NCBI GenBank assembly: GCA_964428455.1
Contig: CAYRYI010000007.1
Coordinates: 1-16,160, forward strand
Length of the DNA stretch: 16,160 bases
DNA from: an uncultured Candidatus Saccharibacteria bacterium
GTDB taxonomy: Bacteria > Patescibacteriota > Minisyncoccia > Sungbacterales > JACQCQ01
Reading direction: 5' to 3'
Part shown: piece after piece, positions 1-8,093 of the stretch
How positions within the stretch are numbered: the stretch's first letter is position 1
Layout: each line of letters opens with the position of its first letter
Made by a program: the position numbers and the translations under genes
Notes under the pieces: generated by a model
What the model saw: the letters and a program-made list of their open reading frames with translations, nothing else
What the model was told of the DNA's origin: nothing
Database searches by the model: none

Positions 1-111
1 TTTAGAAACCTGCAGCGAGGCGCCCTCTTACTTAAAACACTTTGGAGTGCGTTATAAGACGCCGCGGAGCGGCTTACCTAAAGCAAGCGAATAACCTCTC
101 TCTCAAACCCT

Positions 112-129
112 GCTTGCCAGCGGGCAAGC
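112..129. repeat. REP-like GC-rich palindrome (GCTTGCCAGCGGGCAAGC)
   Basis: Perfect 7-bp inverted repeat around a 4-nt centre. It is related to the CCTGCCTGCCGGCAGGCAGG element 50 bp downstream. Confidence 0.5.
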
Positions 130-171
130 TACCTTAAGAAAATCTCTAAGCGAAGACGGCTTTCCTGAAAA

Positions 172-191
172 CCTGCCTGCCGGCAGGCAGG
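172..191. repeat. REP-like palindrome CCTGCCTGCCGGCAGGCAGG (copy 1)
   Basis: 20-bp perfect palindrome. A near-identical copy (CCTGCCTACCGGCAGGCAGG) lies at 10761-10780. Confidence 0.55.
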
Positions 192-264
192 CGCTCGCGC
201 GACGAAATCGGCATGGTCTCCCCTCCGCCGAATGGCGGAGGGGAGCGATGAGGAGCGCGGCGAA

Positions 265-300
265 GCAAAAATCCTCGCTGGAGGATTTTTGCTGTTTTTC
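265..300 (+). terminator. Rho-independent terminator of an upstream + strand unit
   Basis: Hairpin GCAAAAATCCTC-GCTG-GAGGATTTTTGC followed by TGTTTTTC. It is preceded at 225-253 by a 12-bp GC hairpin (TCTCCCCTCCGCC GAAT GGCGGAGGGGAG). Confidence 0.6.
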
Positions 301-323
301 AGAAAGCCGTCGAGCGAACACCA

Positions 324-352
324 TTGACGTCCCCCGCCAAGAGTCGTATACT
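324..352 (+). promoter_or_regulatory. sigma70-like promoter for rny (TTGACG-17-TATACT)
   Basis: -35 TTGACG at 324-329, 17-nt spacer, -10 TATACT at 347-352. Confidence 0.5.
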
Positions 353-636
353 GCCAGCACGTTCGATTTTATTAACCTTGGAACTTAACTTTAGCGGGGC
401 CTCGATTCGCCTGCTGATGCTTGCCCCGTTACAACTACTTCAATCAACTGCACCAGCGGCGCTTTGCATTCTCTGATTGTTATTGATTGAAGGAAAGTAA
501 CTGCCGTACACGATTTGTAACGGGGTGAAAAACCTTACCAAACGCTGTGCTGACGCCAAAACCGACGACTGCATAAACGTGTAACACCCAACTGCTTCTC
601 ATCAGCAGTTCCTGATCGACGTTCCCCAACTTAATT
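353..636 (+). promoter_or_regulatory. Long (~280 nt) structured 5' leader of rny
   Basis: No ORF. Long-range inverted repeats GCCCCGTTACAA (423-434) and TTGTAACGGGG (514-524). No SD before the rny ATG. Confidence 0.4.
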
Positions 637-2181
637 ATGGAAGAACTTATTCGGCTGCCCCTGGCTGTCAGCATCGGGGCGTTGCTCTTGCTTGGCATTG
701 GCGCGGGCTTGGGCTATGTATTGCGCCAACTTATCTCGCGCCAGCGCGTCAATTCAATAGAGCTCCGCACGCAAAAACTCATCGAGGACGCGAAGGTCGA
801 GGCCAAAGAGATTTTAGTTGAAGCCAAAACCGGAGCCGTAAAAATCCTAGAGGAGGCAAAAAAGGAAGAAAAAAATCGCGAGCAGGAGATTAAGCGGCTC
901 CAGGACCGATTGGAAAATCGCGAGGGTCTTTTGGACCAAAAATTGCTGGATATCGAAACTCGCGAAAAAGACGTTGAGGCGCGCATTGAAAAAATCAAGA
1001 CGGTAAAAACCGAACTTGACGAAGCGCGGGCAAGAATCGAAAAGGAGCTTGAGCGCGTCGCCGGGCTCACAAAAGAAAGCGCCATTGAAGAACTCACGAA
1101 AACCATCGAGAAGGACCATGGGGAGACTCTGATGCAGCGCATCCGCAAACTTGAAACCTCGGGCCTTGATGAGTTGGAGCGGCGAGCTAAACAGATTCTC
1201 GCCACCATCATCCAGCGGGTTTCCACGCCCACCGTCTCGGAGGTAACAACCACAACCGTCCAGATCCCCAGCGATGAAATCAAGGGCAAGATCATCGGCC
1301 GCGAAGGCCGCAACATCCGGACGCTCGAGCGGGCTGCGGGAGTTGAGATCATCGTGGACGACACGCCGGGCGCTATTGTGATCTCGGCCTTTGATCCGGT
1401 GCGCCGGCACATCGCCAAAAACGCTCTGGAGCAGTTGATCGCCGACGGCCGAATTCAACCCGCGCGCATCGAGGAGGTCGTCGAAAAAGTTAGACAGGAC
1501 ATCGAGAGGCAGATCAAAGCCGCCGGCGAGGCCGCGGCCTTTGAGGTCGGCGTTTTTGACCTTGATCCGCGGCTGGTGTCGCTTCTGGGACGCTTGAAAT
1601 TCAGAACCTCATACGGCCAAAACGTGCTGGTGCATTCGATCGAAATGGCGCATATCGCCGGAATGCTCGCGGAAGAACTCGGCGGAGATGTAGTCATCGC
1701 CAAAAAGGGCGCCGTGCTTCACGACATCGGCAAGGCTGTGGATCATGAGGTGCAGGGAACGCACGTCGAGATCGGCCGCCGGATTCTGCAAAAATTCGGC
1801 GTGGACAATCGCATAATTCAGGCGATGCAGTCGCATCACGAGGAGTATCCGTATGAAACGCTTGAATCAATCTTGGTGCAGGTGGCGGATGTAATTTCGG
1901 CGGGGCGCCCGGGAGCGCGGCGCGATTCGGTGGAAAATTATCTGAAGCGGCTGCAGGATTTGGAGGCAATTGCGAATTCGTTCGAGGGCGTGGAAAAATC
2001 CTACGCAATTCAGGCCGGGCGCGAGATCCGCATCTTTGTTACGCCCGAAAAAATGAGCGACCTGGAGGCGCGGGAACTGGCGCGAAGCGTGGCGCATAAA
2101 GTTGAGAGTGAATTGAAATACCCCGGGGAAATTAAAGTGAACGTCATTCGCGAAACGCGCGCGATTGAATACGCGCGGTAA
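637..2181 (+). CDS. rny: Ribonuclease Y (N-terminal TM helix, coiled coil, KH domain, HD domain)
   Basis: 514 aa. N-terminal hydrophobic helix MEELIRLPLAVSIGALLLLGIGAGLGYVL, a charged coiled coil, and the KH motif GKIIGREGRNIRTLERAAGVEIIVDD. Also the HD motif HSIEMAHIAGMLAEE...LHDIGKA...H. This is the classic RNase Y architecture. Confidence 0.9.
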   Translation: MEELIRLPLAVSIGALLLLGIGAGLGYVLRQLISRQRVNSIELRTQKLIEDAKVEAKEILVEAKTGAVKILEEAKKEEKNREQEIKRLQDRLENREGLLDQKLLDIETREKDVEARIEKIKTVKTELDEARARIEKELERVAGLTKESAIEELTKTIEKDHGETLMQRIRKLETSGLDELERRAKQILATIIQRVSTPTVSEVTTTTVQIPSDEIKGKIIGREGRNIRTLERAAGVEIIVDDTPGAIVISAFDPVRRHIAKNALEQLIADGRIQPARIEEVVEKVRQDIERQIKAAGEAAAFEVGVFDLDPRLVSLLGRLKFRTSYGQNVLVHSIEMAHIAGMLAEELGGDVVIAKKGAVLHDIGKAVDHEVQGTHVEIGRRILQKFGVDNRIIQAMQSHHEEYPYETLESILVQVADVISAGRPGARRDSVENYLKRLQDLEAIANSFEGVEKSYAIQAGREIRIFVTPEKMSDLEARELARSVAHKVESELKYPGEIKVNVIRETRAIEYAR

Positions 2182-2302
2182 GAATTCTCAATTTACAATT
2201 TTCAATCAATTTTCAATTACGCAATTATCCAATGAAACTCTTGAAACATTGGGACATTGCAGCATTTATTGAAAATTGGTAGTTGAAAATTTTTCTGAAA
2301 CA

Positions 2303-3097
2303 ATGAAAGTGCTTATCTTCGGCGACATCTTCGGCCGACCGGGCCGAGAGGCGCTGGCAAAAATTCTGCCGCAATGGAAAAAAGAATTCGCGCCGGATTT
2401 GGTAATTGCCAACGGCGAGAATTTGTCGCACGGCCGGGGCATCAGTGAAACTACAATCGCCGAAATTCGCGCGGCCGGCGTTGATGTCATAACCGGCGGG
2501 AACCATATTCTTGAGGGAAAAAATTCCGACGCATTGCTTAACGACGAAAGTCTAAAGCTTATACGCCCGATAAACTTTATCCCCTCCCTGCCGGGGCGCG
2601 GGTGGCTTTTGATAAACGTAGCCGGTGTTGAGGTTCTTGTAATTAATGCCATCGCCCAGACTCACATGCGCTCGCAATACGATTCGCCGTATCTGGCGAT
2701 TGAGAACTTGCTAAAGCAAAATGACGAAGGCTCAAAGACGAAAGCCATCATTATTGACTGGCACGCCGAGACGACATCGGAAAAGATGGTGCTCGGCTGG
2801 TGGCTGGACGGAAAAGTTTCACTGGTCTATGGGACACACACTCATACACCAACAGCTGACGAGCGGATCCTCCCGCAGGGCACCGGTTTTATATCGGACA
2901 TTGGCATGACCGGGGCGCATAATTCCGTGATTGGCGAGGACCCGGGCCTCCGCATTGATATTCTGATCCATCAAAAGCAGACGAAGACCGACGTGGCCGC
3001 CGCTCCGCCTTATGAGGCGAACGCCATCATTGCCGAGATTGACACCGATACCGGCAAGTGCGCCAGAATCGAGAGGCTTCGTCAAATCCTTGCCTAA
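2303..3097 (+). CDS. ymdB: YmdB-like metallophosphoesterase (2',3'-cNMP phosphodiesterase family, TIGR00282-like)
   Basis: The ORF track starts at 2276, but the conserved N-terminus MKVLIFGDIFGRPGR begins at the ATG at 2303. Motifs GDIFG, GNH and GTHTHxPT are present. It sits directly downstream of rny, as in Firmicutes. Confidence 0.85.
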   Translation: MKVLIFGDIFGRPGREALAKILPQWKKEFAPDLVIANGENLSHGRGISETTIAEIRAAGVDVITGGNHILEGKNSDALLNDESLKLIRPINFIPSLPGRGWLLINVAGVEVLVINAIAQTHMRSQYDSPYLAIENLLKQNDEGSKTKAIIIDWHAETTSEKMVLGWWLDGKVSLVYGTHTHTPTADERILPQGTGFISDIGMTGAHNSVIGEDPGLRIDILIHQKQTKTDVAAAPPYEANAIIAEIDTDTGKCARIERLRQILA

Positions 3098-3211
3098 ATA
3101 AGCGCAATTCCTCTACAATGGGAACGTATTTGTTAATTCGCCAAGCTTGCGGGTAGATTGCTGGGCTTGCGAAATATAAAGGTCGAGACCACCAATAAAC
3201 TTGAAAACACT

Positions 3212-3484
3212 ATGAACAAAGCAGATTTAGTTGATGCAGTGCACACAAAGTTGCAGGGCACGAAAAAGTCCGCCGAGGAGGCTGTTGATACGGTCTTTGA
3301 CGGCATCACGGCGTCCCTCGCAAAGGGTCAGGAGGTTTCGATCTCGGGCTTCGGCACTTTCGTTGTGAGAAAGCGCGCCGCGCGCCAAGGCGTCAACCCG
3401 CGCACCGGCGAGAAAATTCAGATCAAGGCGACCACCACTCCAAAATTCCGCGCCGGCAAGAATTTGAAAGAGGCTGTCCGTTAG
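3212..3484 (+). CDS. hup: HU family DNA-binding protein
   Basis: MNKADLVDAVH...GFGTFVVRKRAARQGVNPRTGEKIQI (HU/IHF signature). The track ORF starts upstream at 3158, but the conserved MNK start is at 3212. Confidence 0.9.
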   Translation: MNKADLVDAVHTKLQGTKKSAEEAVDTVFDGITASLAKGQEVSISGFGTFVVRKRAARQGVNPRTGEKIQIKATTTPKFRAGKNLKEAVR

Positions 3485-3508
3485 CCGAGAGTTATCTCTA
3501 AACAAAAA

Positions 3509-3538
3509 ACGTCCCGATGACTATCGGGACGTTTTTTG
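3509..3538. terminator. Bidirectional rho-independent terminator
   Basis: ACGTCCCGAT-GACT-ATCGGGACGT flanked by an A-run on the 5' side and TTTTTT on the 3' side. It terminates hup (+) and could also stop - strand read-through from the 562-aa gene. Confidence 0.8.
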
Positions 3539-3780
3539 ATTCGGCCGGTCTTCGTTATAGCGCAGTTTTTCCAGAAACGCCCGGCCAAGATCAATTTTCC
3601 GCAAATCGGAAAATATTAGGATCATCCATAAGGCATCGGCTGTGTTGTAAAGATACCCCAACGAGTAAGACTGACCGAAGTGGGCTTAAACGCTAACTTT
3701 TCGGATGAGTCAAGTCTAAAAAATAGGTTCGATTCCTTCAGACATTCCTTCTCGCGAAATGCTATATTCCGCTGGTTTTA

Positions 3781-5469
3781 CTAGTAATAAATTCCCCGAG
3801 TTATCTCAAGAGCGAATGGCTCATCTTTGTTCCCAAGGAATAGCGCATCCTTTTTGAGTGTTAGTTCATGCAAAAAGTCCGGAGTCAGTTTTCTGTCATT
3901 TAGTTTTTCCAATACTTCGTCATAGAGAGTTTTAATCTCCTGCAAATGCTTCATCTCAATTTCATTCAATTCTACGTCAGACCCAGGCACTCGTCCTGTT
4001 TGCAACATCTCAACAATAAGAGGATACCGCCAAGTTTCTTTATCGATTTGAAATTCACTTCGGTCAGCTCTCTGATAGATTTTCGTAATTAAATCTCGCG
4101 CAAAAACTCCGGGGCCTGAAGCGCCCTCGCCCCAGGGATTGAAATGAGCCCAATCGAACGGCGCAAGAGGAATATAGTTATATCTGCGGACACCGGAAAT
4201 TTCATCCCGAACCTCCGGCCGTAATTGCGCATATCTAGTAATGGCTTCATCCATATACTCTTTGATAGCTAGGTGCTCTTCCCACCACTTTTCGCGGCGC
4301 TCGGCGATGATTCGGTCATTTTCCTGACGCTGCTGCTCTCTCCGCTGGCGTTCTTTCTCTAGCCCAACCCTATCCCGTTCTTCTCGGTCAGCTTTTTCCT
4401 TCTGCGCCTTCTGCTGTTTTTCCCGCTCTACCCTCTTTTTATCCTCCTGGGATTTAGTTATTGCATTAGGGATTGTAGTACCGCTAAAGAAGTCCTTGCA
4501 CAAACGCTTAAGCGTTTCAGTGGCCTCGTCGCCCAATAAGCCAGTTTCTGAATTTATCCGAGAAAAAATTTCATCTAAGGACCTAAGTCTTGCTTGTAAA
4601 GCATCTGCTGTTTTTTTATCTACCTTAGTTTCTCTGGCTATTTCTTCCAAAGCTTCGCCTACCGCAGCCATTCGGAGAGCAACGACTGAGTAAAAAGATT
4701 TTGACTCGGGATCTTTAGCTTCCGTTTTTATAATTTGTCTGAAAACATCTTGTGTTCTTGTGAATCCTCGGACAATTGACCCAACCCTATCAGCGAACTT
4801 TGTTAGGAAGGGATCGGTTGTACCGTATTTGCTGGCAAGATAAAAACCAATCCCATCAATGGCGCACTCCTTCAAGGTGGCATCTATAGCTTCTCGAGCG
4901 CGGTCTCGGTGCCGTGGCTCGATGGTATTCATCAATGAATCAATATCTGCCGCCCGTTTTTGAAGGAATCTCCCAGTTATATTCTCGAGAGACCAATCAA
5001 CCAAGTGCCCAACTTCATGAGGCCCAACCCAATCCACCAGCTTTTCTCTTTTCTGAATTTCTTTTAAATCGGTGCCCATTTCTATACTAATATGATCCGG
5101 CAAGGGGTGAACCCCGACTTGTAAACGTTGCTCGATTCTTAATGATTGCTTCAAGCCCATCCCAACCGAAACAGACCCAATTGCCGTGCCGTGTTCTGCT
5201 TCGGCAATTCCCGCAATATGATGCAAATCAACACCGCTTTCTTCCTGGTATAAATTCCGGAGATACTCTATTTTCGCGCTAACAACACCAAGAAGGTACT
5301 CTTTTCGTACCTCCTCAACAGCGGCGTTCTTGTTTTTCTCTTCTTCGATCTGAGTATTTGCTTCCTCGTAGTTCTCTGCTTCTCCAACCTCAACTTTGGA
5401 ACGAAGAATCTCAGCTTCTTCTCGAGCCTCTTTAAGCGAATATCTGCCCTCACCACCTTCTGGATTCAT
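3781..5469 (-). CDS. Large hypothetical protein with HExxH zinc-metallopeptidase motif and a highly charged coiled-coil segment
   Basis: 562-aa uninterrupted ORF. It has a HEVGHLVDW motif around residue 150 and a long E/K/R-rich heptad-like stretch (KRVEREKQQKAQKEKADREERDR...EQQRQENDR). Its AT-rich codon usage differs from the housekeeping block. TATACT lies 7 nt upstream of the ATG and there is no SD. Confidence 0.65.
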   Translation of the reverse strand: MNPEGGEGRYSLKEAREEAEILRSKVEVGEAENYEEANTQIEEEKNKNAAVEEVRKEYLLGVVSAKIEYLRNLYQEESGVDLHHIAGIAEAEHGTAIGSVSVGMGLKQSLRIEQRLQVGVHPLPDHISIEMGTDLKEIQKREKLVDWVGPHEVGHLVDWSLENITGRFLQKRAADIDSLMNTIEPRHRDRAREAIDATLKECAIDGIGFYLASKYGTTDPFLTKFADRVGSIVRGFTRTQDVFRQIIKTEAKDPESKSFYSVVALRMAAVGEALEEIARETKVDKKTADALQARLRSLDEIFSRINSETGLLGDEATETLKRLCKDFFSGTTIPNAITKSQEDKKRVEREKQQKAQKEKADREERDRVGLEKERQRREQQRQENDRIIAERREKWWEEHLAIKEYMDEAITRYAQLRPEVRDEISGVRRYNYIPLAPFDWAHFNPWGEGASGPGVFARDLITKIYQRADRSEFQIDKETWRYPLIVEMLQTGRVPGSDVELNEIEMKHLQEIKTLYDEVLEKLNDRKLTPDFLHELTLKKDALFLGNKDEPFALEITRGIYY

Positions 5470-5675
5470 ATGTTCAAGTATACCATCAGACTCTTCTGAC
5501 CTCTGAAAATAAATTCAGAATTCAGAACAGCGGACGAGTGAGCATCACTCGCCAGTGTTTAACGTGCCTTCGCACGGTGCTGTGGTCTCGCTCGCATGTT
5601 ATTCGGGAATGGCTAGTCCCTTACTTATCCATGCGAATCCCCACTTACGTCGGCACACGACGGCCCCCGCCGCGG

Positions 5676-6044
5676 CTACCTCCTCGACAGATGCTCGCGC
5701 TCACAAGGGTCCATATTGGTATGGCCCTCGAAGCAGCGCTCTGCATCAGTGAAGAGATCGCCCTCCGGATCCCACTGCTCGAATGGCAACTCATTCTCGC
5801 CGTTAGCGTCAAAGACTATGAGTCCGACGCGAGGCGAGAAGTACCAAACGTGCTCGCGGGCATCCGTGCGGCTGGTGAAGACGTAGGCCTTGGTCATCCG
5901 GTACCATCTCTCCCCTTCGGGGGAATAGACGGTAACACACGGAATGCCGAGTTCATCACAGCGCTTGAAAAACGCCGTGGTTTCCTCGTCATTGACCTCG
6001 CCCATACGCCGGAGCGACTCCAGCCGTTGGCGGATCTCGTCCAT
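5676..6044 (-). CDS. Hypothetical small acidic protein (122 aa)
   Basis: Perfect SD AAAGGAGG 7 nt upstream of the ATG. It is third in a same-strand run of three small ORFs. Confidence 0.55.
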   Translation of the reverse strand: MDEIRQRLESLRRMGEVNDEETTAFFKRCDELGIPCVTVYSPEGERWYRMTKAYVFTSRTDAREHVWYFSPRVGLIVFDANGENELPFEQWDPEGDLFTDAERCFEGHTNMDPCEREHLSRR

Positions 6045-6097
6045 GGCACACCTCCTTTCGTTTTCCCGGTTGCCAGCCGAGAAGTTTCGTAAGTGAG

Positions 6098-6319
6098 TTA
6101 GGGTGCGCGCTCTACGATCACCGTAGTGACGTAGTACGCGTGACGCGCGATTCCATTCATCCAGCTCGTCTCCGTCCGATAATCCATAGTGCCATGGAGC
6201 GCGAGACTGGTAGAGGCGGATACAACTCGCCAGCCCTTGCCGAGCTCCTGAAGACGATTCTCGAGCTCGTCCTCCGGCGTGAAGTTAAGCGATCTTACGA
6301 TGATAACCTTCTGTTTCAT
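6098..6319 (-). CDS. Hypothetical small protein (73 aa)
   Basis: SD AAAGGAGA, 7-nt spacer, ATG. N-terminus MKQKVIIVRSLNFTPEDELENRLQELGKGW. Confidence 0.5.
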   Translation of the reverse strand: MKQKVIIVRSLNFTPEDELENRLQELGKGWRVVSASTSLALHGTMDYRTETSWMNGIARHAYYVTTVIVERAP

Positions 6320-6356
6320 CGCGGTCTCCTTTCTTCCGCCGTTAGCGGAAATTTAA

Positions 6357-6509
6357 TCAGTCTGGGATGGAACCGAGTAGTGTATTCAACTCCTGATATG
6401 CTACTTCCATGGCCCTCTTCGCCAGCTCGATCTCTCCACGCTTCAATGCCGACTTCGCGCCCGCGAGAAGAACACCGATCTCTGCGAGTAGAACCTGATC
6501 GACTTCCAT
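6357..6509 (-). CDS. Hypothetical 50-aa helical peptide (below the 60-aa ORF-track threshold)
   Basis: AAGGAGA SD 7 nt upstream of an ATG. Translation is MEVDQVLLAEIGVLLAGAKSALKRGEIELAKRAMEVAYQELNTLLGSIPD*. It lies directly upstream of the 73-aa ORF. Confidence 0.4.
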   Translation of the reverse strand: MEVDQVLLAEIGVLLAGAKSALKRGEIELAKRAMEVAYQELNTLLGSIPD

Positions 6510-6536
6510 TTCTTGATCTCCTTAATTTTCAAGTGA

Positions 6537-6603
6537 AAGAACACGAGCGATTAATTTCGCTCTTCTGAATCTTCAAAACAGGAAAACTCGGAAGAGCGGC
6601 AGA
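6537..6603. repeat. Structured repeat family, copy A
   Basis: AAGAACACGAGCG-ATTAATTTC-GCTCTTCTGA-[22 nt]-GGAAGAGCGGC. Read on the - strand it is hairpin, then a GAGCG..CGCTC hairpin, then a U-rich tract, ending 25 nt before the SD of the 50-aa ORF. Confidence 0.6.
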
Positions 6604-6872
6604 CGATGTTCTGTTCGTCCGCCCTTTTGTGGGGCAGTTTTTTACGCTACGGGAGTTGGCCCAGGTCCTTCGACCGACCCCGTGCTGGAGGAGCGAACTG
6701 GAACTTTTCGCTCACAGCCGGGATCTTCCCGCCGCAACCTTCGGGCTAAGGATTACTTCGCCCTAATTAAGCCCGATCCAGATAATCGCCCCCTTTCAAT
6801 TCGGTTGTTATTAGGAACCCTGCGAGCGACCCCATCCTTACTCCGCCGGATGGCGGATTCGGACGGGCAAGC

Positions 6873-6929
6873 ATTTCGCTCTTCCGGGGGGCCGTTCTTA
6901 AAATTCGGCCCTCCAGAAGAGCGGGCGAG
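6873..6929. repeat. Structured repeat family, copy D
   Basis: ATTTCGCTCTTCC-[GGGGGGCCGttcttaaaattCGGCCCTCC]-AGAAGAGCGGGCGAG. Same outer stem as B and C, but a different inner hairpin. Confidence 0.55.
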
Positions 6930-6997
6930 TTTTATAAATGGGACCTCGATCGTGCCGCCTAAGCAGGCTCGCGAGGTATCGCCCCCCAATATAGATA

Positions 6998-7084
6998 AAG
7001 AACACGAGCGCAAGGCGCTCTTCTGACATCCGCATTTTGGTTGCGGAGTTTAGAAGAGCGGGCGAATGAGTCTTCTTATTCGCC
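6998..7084. repeat. Structured repeat family, copy B
   Basis: AAGAACACGAGCG...GCTCTTCTGA-[CATCCGCAttttggtTGCGGAG]-TTTAGAAGAGCGGGCGAATGAGTC, plus a second hairpin GGCGAAT...ATTCGCC. Positions 7016-7073 are identical to 8156-8213. Confidence 0.7.
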
Positions 7085-7239
7085 GCGGATTTTGTTGAAG
7101 CGGTTCCGTATAACCGCTCGAGATGGCAGCGGGGTGGAGGGACTCGCAGACCTTCTGTTGCCACGCCGTTCTCACGGCGCCGGATATCCAAGGTTAGTTG
7201 CTCTCCTCGGACTCCAGTAGGCCACTGAATCGCAGCGAT

Positions 7240-7497
7240 TCAGTCCAAGACTATCTGCCTTGGTGCGGGGTTGGGTTCTTCAACCCAAACCATGCAATAG
7301 CCGCCGTGTTGCAATTTGCATTGCAACCACCAGCGCCGCGGCACCACGCCAGAAGCCTCGACCTCCTCGACGCAATACCGGTTGACCGTGTAAAGAGCGG
7401 GATATTGCTCCCACCATTTACGCGCATCTTCCAGTACTTGCTCCGACTGGAGGAGCACGAGAGACAAATCGTCTCTCTGCATACAGAAGCGGTACAT
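7240..7497 (-). CDS. Hypothetical Trp/Cys-rich small protein (85 aa)
   Basis: SD TAAGGGGGTGAGTT directly before the ATG, the same context as the 84-aa ORF at 8058. An overlapping + strand ORF (7198-7788) has no such signal. Confidence 0.45.
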   Translation of the reverse strand: MYRFCMQRDDLSLVLLQSEQVLEDARKWWEQYPALYTVNRYCVEEVEASGVVPRRWWLQCKLQHGGYCMVWVEEPNPAPRQIVLD

Positions 7498-7803
7498 AAC
7501 TCACCCCCTTATTTGATTATTCCTCTCGAGTACCATCCCAGACGCGCCCTCGCGCGTGCTCGGCAGTCGCTCGGAGTACATTCACTCCTCGTTTGTAAAG
7601 ATCCCGCCGAAATTCTCAAAACTTTTGAGATCTTCGGTAGGAGGTCGAGATTTTATTTCGCTCGACCGATGGAGAGCTTTACCGTTTCTATGGCTCTCCT
7701 AGCCTGTTTCGGCTTTTCAGCCGCTCCGACATTGCGCTGGAGTTTTTCGTCGGACACCGCAGGCTCCGACTATCCGATACCTGACTAGTCTGGGACCTAG
7801 TCA

Positions 7804-8058
7804 TCATCGGCTGGGCTCGCGGCGCTTGCCGCGAGGGGGCCACTTCTCCGCTGTCGCGAGGATCTCGCGAGCGAAGAAATAATCCCCTATGTGTTCCGGA
7901 CGATCCGGCGGGATACGAACTCCGCGCGGATGACGGACCACGATGCCCTCTTTCCAACACCGATGGCCGTAGCCGGGAACAACCTTGCGCCATCGGTTCG
8001 GGAACTCCCCATCGCTGAGCGATGAGGTGTCCACAAGGACGTACCGGGGCTCTTTCAC
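7804..8058 (-). CDS. Hypothetical small basic protein (84 aa, GTG start)
   Basis: AAAGGGGGTGAAAAG-GTG. It is preceded on the - strand by repeat copy C. Confidence 0.4.
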   Translation of the reverse strand: MKEPRYVLVDTSSLSDGEFPNRWRKVVPGYGHRCWKEGIVVRHPRGVRIPPDRPEHIGDYFFAREILATAEKWPPRGKRREPSR

Positions 8059-8093
8059 CTTTTCACCCCCTTTTTTTGGTTATTTTTCATTAA

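Noticed and set aside
714-2097. Multiple antisense ORFs inside rny (714-1418, 847-1458, 1694-2008 and others).
   Set aside because: They are shadow ORFs of a confidently identified, domain-rich gene. They have low-complexity Ser/Arg-rich translations.
5538-6092. + strand ORFs overlapping the - strand small-ORF array (5538-6092, 6140-6568, 6682-7026, 7198-7788).
   Set aside because: None has an SD or promoter context, whereas the opposite-strand ORFs have strong, stereotyped SDs. Several of these + strand ORFs run through the repeat elements, and their compositions look like GC-frame artefacts.
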